A DNA stretch of 63,850 nucleotides, filler included. It is 4 parts of 4 records of this genome, joined end to end, with 100 filler letters (N's around TTAATTAATTAA, not from the genome) between each part and the next. Parts side by side here need not be neighbours in the genome. Positions count along the whole stretch, not along the records: positions 1 to 29,103 come from SRR2962707_880; 3 more parts are not named here. One strand, given 5' to 3'. Below the pieces are notes generated by a model. The model had not been told where the DNA came from, did not search any database, and saw nothing but the letters and a program-made list of their open reading frames with translations. Both the position numbers and the translations under genes were made by a program. This document shows positions 1 through 9,337 of this stretch, piece by piece (the stretch's first letter is position 1; the number at the start of each line of letters is the position of its first letter).

Positions 1-36
1 AAAGCCTCTCAGAATTCTGAGAGGCTTTTATTTTTA
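1..36. terminator. Perfect 28-bp palindromic hairpin with T-rich tail (intrinsic terminator)
   Basis: AAAGCCTCTCAGAATTCTGAGAGGCTTT (1-28) is its own reverse complement and is followed by TATTTTTT. Confidence 0.8.
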
Positions 37-274
37 GGTCGAGTTATTTTCCGGTCACTTAACTGAAAGGGGCACTACTAGAATTAGGAGCCTTTTGTTT
101 TTATTATCATTGATCTTACTATGATTTGAGCAACACCTGATAATGCAATTACGCATCAATTCCCATAAAGTAAGTAGATTAATTCAGATTCTAAATTATC
201 ATTTGATAAAGTTGCGTAAAACTCTTTGTAAAGTACAATAATTATCTTCTGATTGTCATACGGTTAGATGAAAA

Positions 275-292
275 ATACCCTAAATGGGGTAT
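275..292. promoter_or_regulatory. Putative operator palindrome upstream of the AT-rich operon
   Basis: ATACCC-N6-GGGTAT, a GC-containing inverted repeat in AT-rich DNA about 50 bp before the 341 start. Confidence 0.35.
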
Positions 293-340
293 GTTTAAAG
301 CTAATAGAACTATGTTTATTTAATCTTAAATTATTTCAGA

Positions 341-853
341 TTGAATAGAATAAGGATAATATTAGGGCTATTGCTTATTTTGCTAAGCTTTTTAGATATC
401 TATCTTATCATTACATTTTGGCCGGAGATAGTTGAAGTGGAAAATGTGAGACAATGGAATGAAGTCAGCATCCTATTTGGTAACAAAGTGAATATTTCTG
501 ATGACCAAAGAATAATAATTCTAGTTCTCCTTTGTGGTTTTTTAGGAAGTCATGTTCATGTAGCAAGTTCCTTTTCGAATTTCGTTGGGAGTAAAAAATT
601 TGAGAATAGTTGGATTTGGTGGTATATCCTAAGACCATTTGTTGGAATGGGGCTAAGTCTGATATTTTACTTGGTATTTAGAGGGGGTCTATTTGCAGGT
701 AATTCTATAGCATCTAATCTGAATGTCTTTGGAATTCTAGCATTATCTGCTTTATCTGGTTTGTTTTCAGATCGTGCTACCCTTAAGCTTGAAGAAATAT
801 ATGAAAGCTTGTTTAATCCAAAAGACGAACGTTCAGATAAATTAAACAAATGA
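341..853 (+). CDS. Small multi-pass membrane protein (about 4 TM helices), function unknown
   Basis: 170 aa, TTG start, four hydrophobic segments, motif GFLGSHVH...SWIWWYILRPFVG...FYLVFRGG; stop overlaps the next start (ATGA). Confidence 0.75.
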   Translation: MNRIRIILGLLLILLSFLDIYLIITFWPEIVEVENVRQWNEVSILFGNKVNISDDQRIIILVLLCGFLGSHVHVASSFSNFVGSKKFENSWIWWYILRPFVGMGLSLIFYLVFRGGLFAGNSIASNLNVFGILALSALSGLFSDRATLKLEEIYESLFNPKDERSDKLNK

Positions 854-1680
854 GCATGGGCGAATCGTTTGAGAAGGCACTTAAGTCATTTTCATCTATA
901 GAACAGGATACGATTCTAAAGAACCTTTCAAGATGGGAGACTGGCCCTGGAATTGGACAAAGAGTTGCTCCATCGATAAAATCAGAAAACCATTTTCTTG
1001 ATATTGATAAATATAGACTTGTCTTAGCACTTTTTTTGGTTGAGAGAGATTCATACAAGAATGTTTTTGAAAAATTATGTAGTCAACTGAAGTTTGAGGG
1101 TACCCAAATAAACCCTCTTTACAAGCCAAGGTATTTAGGGAAGACCATTAAGAAATCGCTTTTTGAAAAAATCCTACAAGAGGAATACCACATGTCAATA
1201 TTGGAAATAGATAGAATGCGTTTGGATATTAACCAGAATATTGATGGTTGGAGAGAAAATTATTCCGAGATGTTTATTGGTGTGGGTATTACTTGGGTTA
1301 CTTGGAACGAAGACAACAATATTAGTGGTGACCCATTTCCTTATTTAGAAGGTATTCCCAGATGGGGAGGACAATCCGTTAAGCTTTTGGCCCATAATTT
1401 GGGACTGAATCATGAGCAAAAAGCAGAAGTCCATATTCTCTACAGATATAAAGTCCATAGCAGCTTTAATATAAAAATACCGACAACAGTAGATGCATCA
1501 GGTTACGAATACTTCAAGCCAGCAGGTAAAGATTCAGATTATGGATATACCAAAAATTACTATCAAAGTGAGGCTGAAATTGAACAAATAAAACATCTTG
1601 TCAGGCCGAGACCAGAAGGAGTTCATATTGATACAAGAATAAATGAACCGGAATTAGTTTTAATCGATGACACATTTTAG
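850..1680 (+). CDS. Hypothetical protein, candidate ADP-ribosyltransferase/NADase-like fold
   Basis: 276 aa; motif order RYLG...TWVTW...LGL...LYRY..IPTTVDA...FKP...YGYT...PEGVH recalls ART-fold toxin domains. The CDS is well supported; the fold is inference. Confidence 0.6.
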   Translation: MSMGESFEKALKSFSSIEQDTILKNLSRWETGPGIGQRVAPSIKSENHFLDIDKYRLVLALFLVERDSYKNVFEKLCSQLKFEGTQINPLYKPRYLGKTIKKSLFEKILQEEYHMSILEIDRMRLDINQNIDGWRENYSEMFIGVGITWVTWNEDNNISGDPFPYLEGIPRWGGQSVKLLAHNLGLNHEQKAEVHILYRYKVHSSFNIKIPTTVDASGYEYFKPAGKDSDYGYTKNYYQSEAEIEQIKHLVRPRPEGVHIDTRINEPELVLIDDTF

Positions 1681-2512
1681 TAGAAAATATCTTGAGAAAT
1701 TAGATGAAAAAAAATCAATTGATGGTCAGCCAATTTTCCTTGAGTATTTGGAATTACTGAATCTTCATGATTGGAAATCATTGCTAATAGATCTGTGCAA
1801 TGCAGAAGAGATTCTTGATGAAAGATTTCATTTTATACTGAGTAAAGGAAGTAATGACCTCATGTTGGAATTCTCAATTTATATTGGGAGGTTATCTCAC
1901 CATTCCATCAAATTGATCAGTTGCTCCTTGAAAGAATTAATTTATTACTCAAACGATTCAGATTTTATTTACGGATTGTTAAGATTTTCAGAATTGAGTG
2001 AGGTATATCTTCCACAATACTATTTAGGCAAAGAGGTCTTAAATAAGGAAAATGAAATTAGGATTAGAGAACGTATGGCTTATCAGTTATATAGAATACT
2101 GGACGCCGAAAATAATGTTCGCAACGCACTACAATTTTGGGACAAATACTTCGGTTATTTTAAATCGATTCCACGCCTTAGAAACACCTTATTCCTTGTT
2201 TATAAAAAGAGGTCACCAATGAAGGCTTTTGAGGTTTTTGAGGGTGTTAGATCAGTTGATAAACTAAAATCCTTAAAATTTCATTTTAAGAAAACTCTTG
2301 ATGAGTTAGATGAGAAGGATCTAAATAAGGTCGCCAAAATGGACTTTCCCAAGTCACTTCGAAACATTATTTATACGGTAATGGATCAAAGGTCTATATC
2401 AAATATTGTTGATAAAACTGATGATCCATCTGAATATGGTGAAGTGTTGAATGGTTTACATGACATTACAAAAGAGATTAATGCAATAACTGGTAAAGTA
2501 GAAACTGAATAA
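1667..2512 (+). CDS. Hypothetical all-helical protein (HEAT/solenoid-like)
   Basis: 281 aa, Leu/Lys/Glu-rich amphipathic pattern, no catalytic motif seen; 14-bp overlap upstream and TAATG overlap downstream. Confidence 0.7.
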   Translation: MTHFSRKYLEKLDEKKSIDGQPIFLEYLELLNLHDWKSLLIDLCNAEEILDERFHFILSKGSNDLMLEFSIYIGRLSHHSIKLISCSLKELIYYSNDSDFIYGLLRFSELSEVYLPQYYLGKEVLNKENEIRIRERMAYQLYRILDAENNVRNALQFWDKYFGYFKSIPRLRNTLFLVYKKRSPMKAFEVFEGVRSVDKLKSLKFHFKKTLDELDEKDLNKVAKMDFPKSLRNIIYTVMDQRSISNIVDKTDDPSEYGEVLNGLHDITKEINAITGKVETE

Positions 2513-4590
2513 TGGATAAGAATTCAGAATTAGCAACGCTTGTGAACCTTAAACTCTTCATGGATGAGGAAAATTATGATCGGGAAGTTTATTTAGATAG
2601 CAACGATGTGATTCCCATGATACTGGGATTTAAGTCCTTATATCGAAAGGGTAATTTTGATAAGACTTTATTTAAGTCAAAGAGATATTTAGTTCAAAAT
2701 TTGATTTTTGCATCAAAATTGGGTGGTAATGTAAAAATTTTATCCCCACACCAATCAGAATTGCTTTACCATTATAAGAGAGGGTTTGCTCAAGATGATC
2801 AAACGAAGACCTTAGAAGATATCAATACTCTCATAGCTGATTCAGGAACCTTTAGGGGAGAAAATTTTGAAGACTATAATTTTCTCAATGAGGATTTGAA
2901 ATCAGAAAATATAGAATCTGGAATACCAGACTTTAAAGTTGCTCTCTCTGCATTTGGAAAAAACTGGAAGGAAAGATTTTCAGTATTGTTTAATCTAACC
3001 AAACCTATTATTGGTTTTGATAAAGCAGACCTTAATGAATATGCTAGATTAATAGAAACTAATACTTTTAAGAAAATTAGAAATGCATTTGAAATTGAAA
3101 GGGGAAAGTCTGCAAAGAATAAGAATTTTAATGATGCACTTGCATTATCTATGATATTATCAAAGCTCGAGTCATTCAAGAAAGATAGATCTCGCCCTCT
3201 ACCCATATTTTATGCATCCGATGAAATTTTCTTTAGAGTTATTAATAGAACGAATTATATAGATGATTTTAATTATGAGTTTGAAAGTGGGGTAAATTAT
3301 CCGGTTATTAGATCTCATGAATACTTTATTACACACTCAATTTTTGATCAAAATGTCGTTGAAGCTAAAAATGAATCATTATTGAAGCACTATGACAGGG
3401 TTACTGAATTCAAATCAAGATTTAGTAACATTTCGAAAGAATTGGGTGATTCTAGTCTGTTATCTAAACTAGAAAAAGAGATAGAAGTATATAAGAATTA
3501 TAATTTCCTTAGGCATATCATGATTAAGTATTATCAGAGCGATAAATATTCTGAAATTTTTGCTCTCATGAAGCTGGATACTAAAATCTTTGATAAAAAT
3601 GCGTCAAAAAGAATTGATAAGGAAATTGATATTCTGGGAAAGAATATTGAAGATAATCTTGGTGTACTGGCTGATTTTCATAATATGATTTTCAAGATTA
3701 GCAAAGCTGTTAATCACTTTAAAAAGAAAATAGCACATCTTACCGAATTTAATTCTATTCGAGATTTTACACTTATTAAGTTTTCATTCGATAAAGAAGT
3801 TATAGATCAAATTGATCAATTTTTTCAAGATCTGTATGATGGTGAAGATATTGATGGTATAGTTTACTATGTAAGTAAAACCCTTGTTAATGAAAAAGAG
3901 GATTCTAATTCATTATTAAGTTCGCTTGGAATTTGTTGGATCATAGGGATGAATGAATTAATTGTTCAGATTCTAAGGAATATTGAAATATCCAGGTATC
4001 AGACTTACCTATTGAAAGGGGCCTGTATGATCAAGCTGCATCACATGAGTAATTATCGTGATGATATTAAACTTTTGAAAAATTTTCAAGCCAATGACAA
4101 TGCCAATAACATATTTATTGAGCTTGGTTTATCCTATTTAAACTTTCATTTTTGGAAGCAGAATAACAAACCGTTTAGTCTGGCAAAAGAACTCCCTTTA
4201 AATGAATACTCTGAAGCAGATGATGCAATAGCACAGGCGGAGCTGTGTTACAATCATTTTCAAAGTCATCAAAAGCTAAAAATGTATGAGATATACTCAC
4301 TCAATTGCTATATTTTTTATGCTACAGAGGGAGGTGCAAAAGAAAGTTTTATGAAATTAAGGGAGATTATAAATGTTTTTCTCAGTGAGAAAAATAGAGA
4401 AAATCAATTTTGGAATTATAGGTTTACTGATACACTAGCTAGGTATTATTTTAGGGAGTACTATGAGAGCAATAAGACCAAAAAAGGGCTTCTAAGAGTT
4501 GCTAAAGATTATATGGAAGAGGCTTATGATAATGCAATTATCAAAGATGATTTAAAGGAATTTTATGGAGTTCTGCAACTTGAAGATTAG
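2512..4590 (+). CDS. PIN-like nuclease domain protein with long helical (TPR-like) C-terminus
   Basis: 692 aa; VYLDSN (D29), ILSPHQSEL (E83), NFNDALAL and PIFYASD match the ordered acidic residues of PIN domains. Confidence 0.65.
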   Translation: MDKNSELATLVNLKLFMDEENYDREVYLDSNDVIPMILGFKSLYRKGNFDKTLFKSKRYLVQNLIFASKLGGNVKILSPHQSELLYHYKRGFAQDDQTKTLEDINTLIADSGTFRGENFEDYNFLNEDLKSENIESGIPDFKVALSAFGKNWKERFSVLFNLTKPIIGFDKADLNEYARLIETNTFKKIRNAFEIERGKSAKNKNFNDALALSMILSKLESFKKDRSRPLPIFYASDEIFFRVINRTNYIDDFNYEFESGVNYPVIRSHEYFITHSIFDQNVVEAKNESLLKHYDRVTEFKSRFSNISKELGDSSLLSKLEKEIEVYKNYNFLRHIMIKYYQSDKYSEIFALMKLDTKIFDKNASKRIDKEIDILGKNIEDNLGVLADFHNMIFKISKAVNHFKKKIAHLTEFNSIRDFTLIKFSFDKEVIDQIDQFFQDLYDGEDIDGIVYYVSKTLVNEKEDSNSLLSSLGICWIIGMNELIVQILRNIEISRYQTYLLKGACMIKLHHMSNYRDDIKLLKNFQANDNANNIFIELGLSYLNFHFWKQNNKPFSLAKELPLNEYSEADDAIAQAELCYNHFQSHQKLKMYEIYSLNCYIFYATEGGAKESFMKLREIINVFLSEKNRENQFWNYRFTDTLARYYFREYYESNKTKKGLLRVAKDYMEEAYDNAIIKDDLKEFYGVLQLED

Positions 4591-4726
4591 TGGTTTTGAA
4601 TGCTCTATTTAGGGTAAGTATTGTTATACACTAAGCTTGGTATTCATTTTCTTGCTCTAACTTTCTATCCTGTCTCCTTGTGGGGTTATCCCTGTCATGT
4701 TCGTTTTACGCGCCAAACAAATAAAT

Positions 4727-5050
4727 ATGAACATGACAAGACACTTATTATTAAACATTCAAAGCCATGTAATCCTATCGATGCTGGCTATATCATTGGT
4801 TGTACTGGGAAGTTGTAATTCAGACGAAGAACCTGCGGATGTGAACGTTGCTCCGGAAGTTGCATCAGCGATCAATGATCTCATCCTCTCTGAAGGATTC
4901 GGTACTTCAACAGTGGATCTTACCAGTGTATTTACCGATGATGATGGCGATGATCTTACGTACAGTGCCAGTAGTAGTACAACAACAGTAGTTACAGTAA
5001 GCCTAATGGGACCTGATCTTACCATCACAGATCAGCTTCCCAAAACTTGA
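4727..5050 (+). CDS. Short lipoprotein with a partial cadherin/Ig-like repeat, probably truncated
   Basis: Lipobox VLGSC, then NVAPEV...DLTSVFTDDDGDDLTYSASSS, ending abruptly at DQLPKT; ATG at 4727 preferred to 4697. Confidence 0.55.
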   Translation: MNMTRHLLLNIQSHVILSMLAISLVVLGSCNSDEEPADVNVAPEVASAINDLILSEGFGTSTVDLTSVFTDDDGDDLTYSASSSTTTVVTVSLMGPDLTITDQLPKT

Positions 5051-5229
5051 CTCTTTTGGTCTGTCTTTGATAAATGTATACAATCAAAGAAATCTGACTG
5101 ACCAGTTGGCTCGAGGCACCAGAACCATTGGCACTATTCTATTGGATCGATATGCAATGGGTTTCGCCCCAAATGTGATGATATTAGTAGAATGGTAGCA
5201 TAATTCATAGGTGTTAAAATAGGTTAGGA

Positions 5230-6111
5230 ATGAAAGTAGTAGCATTCGGAGAAATACTTTGGGATATTATTGAGGACCAACATTACATTGGTGGTGCTCC
5301 ATTAAATTTTGCCGCTCATTGTGCCCAATTGGGGCAAAATACATCCATTCTTTCTGCAGTAGGTTTTGATAATCTTGGCGACACAGCACTCGTCAAATGT
5401 GCTGGCTTTGAGGTAGGTACTCAGTTTATTCAGGTAAATAATTTCCCAACTGGCACGGTAAAAGTGTCTTTAATAAATGGGCAGCCTTCCTATGAAATAG
5501 TTCAGGATGTCGCATATGATAATATTGATTATTTGGATGTAGACAAGTCTGGGCTGGATCTGTTCGATACGCTCTATTTTGGAACGCTTGCACAGCGAAG
5601 TAAACAGAGCAGAGAATGCCTTAATCAGTTAGTTTCCTCTCATTTATTCAAAAACATATTTTGTGATTTGAATTTGAGAAATGGATGTTATAAAGTAGAA
5701 ACTATCCAATCATCTCTCACTCATTGCACCATACTTAAATTGAATGAGGAGGAGGTGTCCATTGTTTCATCTCTTCTGGCAGGAAAAGCCTTTTCATTGA
5801 GTGAATTTTGGAATTGGGTCAAGGACCAATTCCCAGCAATTATGCTTATGGTGGTCACACAAGGGAAGGATGGATGTAGTGTTTTTGATTTGAATACATC
5901 ATTCAATATGCCTTCTGAACCATGTGATCTGAAGGATGCTATTGGTGCCGGGGATGCATTTTCAGCTACCTTTCTTTCTGCTTATTTGGCTGGAGATGAC
6001 CTACAAACTACTGCCAGAAAAGCCAATAAGATTGGTGCCTATGTAGCTTCTTGTGCAGGAGCAATTCCAAAAATTCCTCTTGAGTTAGTGGAGATGGTTA
6101 AGCAACCCTGA
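5230..6111 (+). CDS. PfkB-family carbohydrate kinase (fructokinase-like)
   Basis: FGEILWD, GGAPLNFA, DLNLR, KLNEEE and DAIGAGDAF signatures. Confidence 0.93.
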   Translation: MKVVAFGEILWDIIEDQHYIGGAPLNFAAHCAQLGQNTSILSAVGFDNLGDTALVKCAGFEVGTQFIQVNNFPTGTVKVSLINGQPSYEIVQDVAYDNIDYLDVDKSGLDLFDTLYFGTLAQRSKQSRECLNQLVSSHLFKNIFCDLNLRNGCYKVETIQSSLTHCTILKLNEEEVSIVSSLLAGKAFSLSEFWNWVKDQFPAIMLMVVTQGKDGCSVFDLNTSFNMPSEPCDLKDAIGAGDAFSATFLSAYLAGDDLQTTARKANKIGAYVASCAGAIPKIPLELVEMVKQP

Positions 6112-6181
6112 TCAAATGCATTGAAGTAGTTGTTAGATTACGATCATTCTGTTAGTATCTTTCCCCACAAATTGGTAGCTA

Positions 6182-7051
6182 ATGAAGCGAACAAGAAGCT
6201 TGTTGTTTTTGGTCATCATTCTCTTTGCTTTTGGATGTAGTCCGCTGAGGAAATCTCAGGCAATTGTGGTTGGGAACTATTTTAGAACAGTAGCCGAGTA
6301 TCCAGCAAACATTAGATCATTAAATGACAAGAGAGCAAATCTGATTCTTGAAAATCAAATCCTTCAGACAGGTATGAACAAATCAGATTCTGTTCGGCTT
6401 CTGTCTTTATTTGATGCACTTCAACAATACGAAGAAAATCAGCGACTGCCAGATTCCGTACTACATCACATCGATGTATTGGAGAGGTACATTCAGGGCT
6501 ATTTTCTGGTGGCACCAAATGGATTCAATATCTATGGTCCACTTAAGGGTACCTCAGTTACAGTTGCTAGTTTGTTTGGGTTACGATCCGCAGCATCAAG
6601 TCTTATTCCTGATAAAACGGTAAACGTTAGTTCATCCAAGAAAAAGAAGATTTACAAGCATTTCAATGATAATAGCGGTGAAATGAGAGCGAGTGTGTCG
6701 GCAATCAAAGATTATGTCGACACGGTTATTGTTCCCCAGATAGATGATACAAGCGATAGAATTAGAGAGAATGTATTAATGCTTTATGGGAATGAACGGG
6801 CTGAATTGATGGCCCTCGATCTCTATTTTGATAAGAATAAATACTTCATCGGATACTTTCAAAAGGTCAATCAGATCCGACGCTTGGCAATAAAGGTTTC
6901 AGGTTCTTTGCAGCTGTTACTTGAGACAGAGAGTGAAATTCAGCGTATGACAGCAGAGCGTCAAAAAATAGAACGCGATTCAAGAAATCTCTATGTCTTG
7001 GTCAATGAATTGCAACGAATTAACAAGTTGTTGACAGAAATTTCCAAGTAA
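6182..7051 (+). CDS. Hypothetical lipoprotein
   Basis: 289 aa; basic N-terminus, hydrophobic core and lipobox FAFGC. Confidence 0.75.
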   Translation: MKRTRSLLFLVIILFAFGCSPLRKSQAIVVGNYFRTVAEYPANIRSLNDKRANLILENQILQTGMNKSDSVRLLSLFDALQQYEENQRLPDSVLHHIDVLERYIQGYFLVAPNGFNIYGPLKGTSVTVASLFGLRSAASSLIPDKTVNVSSSKKKKIYKHFNDNSGEMRASVSAIKDYVDTVIVPQIDDTSDRIRENVLMLYGNERAELMALDLYFDKNKYFIGYFQKVNQIRRLAIKVSGSLQLLLETESEIQRMTAERQKIERDSRNLYVLVNELQRINKLLTEISK

Positions 7052-7098
7052 CCATATTTCATAGCTAAAATCAAACCTTATTCAATCAATAATCTAAG

Positions 7099-7126
7099 TC
7101 CCCGGTAAAAGTGCCAGGGATTTTTT
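7099..7126 (+). terminator. Putative intrinsic terminator
   Basis: TCCCCGGTA-AAAG-TGCCAGGGA imperfect hairpin followed by a T run. Confidence 0.5.
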
Positions 7127-7159
7127 ATTTTAAGGATTCGGCACCAAAAACCTATTCTT

Positions 7160-9337
7160 ATGCCAAAAACCATTATTGTTTCCAACCGACTTCCTATCAA
7201 GATTGCACGTGATCAAAGCGGAGCGTTCGAATATCAAACGAGTGAAGGAGGACTCGCAACCGGCTTGGGATCCATTTACAAGGAGGGAGGCAATATATGG
7301 CTGGGATGGCCGGGACTAGCTGTCCAAAAAACAGAGGAGCGCAAGGAAGTCACGGCCAACCTGAAAGAGGCTAATATGCATCCGGTATTTCTGAGCAAGC
7401 AGGAGATAGAGGAATATTATGAAGGATTTAGCAATGAAACCCTTTGGCCAAACTTCCACTATTTCAACCAATATGTGGTATACAATGAGGTCTTTTGGAA
7501 TGCCTATAAAAAGGTAAATAAGAAATTTGCCAAAGAGCTAAGTGAGGTCATGGAGGACGGTGATACCATCTGGATTCATGATTATCAACTATTGCTTTTA
7601 CCGGAATTGATGCGTGAGTCACATCCCAATAGTAGCATAGGCTTCTTCCTGCATATTCCATTTCCATCCTATGAATCCTTTCGTTTGCTTCCCTGGAGAC
7701 GCGAGCTATTGATTGGGATGCTAGGCGCTGACTTCATTGGTTTTCATACCTATGATGATATGCGGCACTTTCTCTCTTCCGTGAATCGGCTGGCTGGAAT
7801 TGGAAATACCAATGGGCAGATGAATGTAGGTAATCGTCAAGTGTTGGCAGATGCCTTGCCGATGGGGATTGACTATGACCGGTATGCTGAGTCTGCAGCC
7901 AATCCGGATACATTAGCACGGGAAGTAAGATACAGAACATCTTTAGGAGATGTGAAGCTCATCTTATCCATCGATCGATTGGATTATTCAAAAGGGATTC
8001 CGGAGAGACTAAAGGCCTTCGAAACATTCTTAGCAGAAAATGAAAACTTCCGGGGAGAAGTCTCCCTTCTGATGGTTGTGGTACCCTCGAGGGATCAGGT
8101 ACCCATGTATGCCAATTTGAAAGCTGAGATTGAGCTATTGGTAGGGCGAATAAACGGTCGATTCGGTCGCATTAATTGGACCCCCATTCATTACTTCTAT
8201 CGCAGCTTCCCTTTAAATGCACTTAGTGCATTTTACCGCATGGCCCAGGTTGCCCTGGTTACACCAATGAGAGACGGGATGAACCTTGTCTGCAAGGAAT
8301 TCATAGCCAGCAAGTTGGATAAGCGTGGTGTCCTCATCCTTAGCGAAATGGCTGGTTCGTCGAAGGAGCTTTCAGATGCGATTCTCATAAATCCCAATGA
8401 TACCAATCAATTGGTTGCGGCCATGAAAGAGGCTTTAACCATGCCCGAAGAGGAGCAGGAGAGACGAATGGCAATCATGCAGCAATCATTAAAACGCTAC
8501 AATATTCACGCCTGGGTTAGCTTGTTCATGCAGCGTCTGGAGCATGTGAAGAAGGAGCAGGAAAACCTTCAAACCAAACCACTCTCTGAAAAAGTTATAG
8601 CCGAACTAAAGTCCTCATATAATACCGCTAAGAAAAGGATCATCTTCCTTGATTATGATGGGACTTTGGTAGGGTTTCATTCGGATCCCAATGATTCCAA
8701 GCCGGATAAAGAGCTGGAAGAGATTCTATCCAATTTGACAAAGGACAAGTCGAATCATGTCATAGTCATCAGTGGCAGGGGTAGAGAAACCCTTGATCGA
8801 TGGTTATCCAAATTCAGAATTGATTTCATTGCCGAACATGGTGTGTGGCACAAAGAGTTCGGCAAAGAGTGGAATCGATTTGTAGAGATCGACAACTCCT
8901 GGCAGGATGAATATTTCAAGGTGTTGGAAATGTATGTAGATAGAACCCCTGGATCGTTTATCGAGCGAAAGGATTATTCATTGGTGTGGCATTACAGAAA
9001 AGTGGAAACAGGCCTTGGTGATATGCGATCACGCGAGCTCACCAGTCACCTGAAGTACTTGTCTGCAGAACGAGACATTCAGGTGCAGGAAGGTGATCAT
9101 GTCATAGAGATAAAAAATGCCAGCGTGAATAAAGGAACAGCTGTAGCTACCTGGCTTAAGGACAATGTCTACGATTATTACTTTGCCTGTGGCGATGACT
9201 GGACAGATGAAGACACCTTCAAGTCAATGCCTGAAGAAGCCTATACCATCAAAGTTGGTGTTTCGTCATCGGCTGCCAAGTATCGGGTTGAGAGCTACAA
9301 GGATATCCGTAAATTGTTGAGACATCTCAACGACTAG
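7160..9337 (+). CDS. otsAB: Bifunctional trehalose-6-phosphate synthase/phosphatase (OtsA-OtsB fusion)
   Basis: GT20 motifs VSNRLP, WIHDYQL, FFLHIPFP, DRLDYSKG, RDGMNLV; HAD motifs FLDYDGTL and GDDWTDED. Confidence 0.96.
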   Translation: MPKTIIVSNRLPIKIARDQSGAFEYQTSEGGLATGLGSIYKEGGNIWLGWPGLAVQKTEERKEVTANLKEANMHPVFLSKQEIEEYYEGFSNETLWPNFHYFNQYVVYNEVFWNAYKKVNKKFAKELSEVMEDGDTIWIHDYQLLLLPELMRESHPNSSIGFFLHIPFPSYESFRLLPWRRELLIGMLGADFIGFHTYDDMRHFLSSVNRLAGIGNTNGQMNVGNRQVLADALPMGIDYDRYAESAANPDTLAREVRYRTSLGDVKLILSIDRLDYSKGIPERLKAFETFLAENENFRGEVSLLMVVVPSRDQVPMYANLKAEIELLVGRINGRFGRINWTPIHYFYRSFPLNALSAFYRMAQVALVTPMRDGMNLVCKEFIASKLDKRGVLILSEMAGSSKELSDAILINPNDTNQLVAAMKEALTMPEEEQERRMAIMQQSLKRYNIHAWVSLFMQRLEHVKKEQENLQTKPLSEKVIAELKSSYNTAKKRIIFLDYDGTLVGFHSDPNDSKPDKELEEILSNLTKDKSNHVIVISGRGRETLDRWLSKFRIDFIAEHGVWHKEFGKEWNRFVEIDNSWQDEYFKVLEMYVDRTPGSFIERKDYSLVWHYRKVETGLGDMRSRELTSHLKYLSAERDIQVQEGDHVIEIKNASVNKGTAVATWLKDNVYDYYFACGDDWTDEDTFKSMPEEAYTIKVGVSSSAAKYRVESYKDIRKLLRHLND

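Noticed and set aside
341-4590. Assignment to CBASS, Thoeris, Avs, retron or RM systems
   Set aside because: No nucleotidyltransferase, TIR/SIR2, Walker A, reverse transcriptase or methyltransferase motifs seen.
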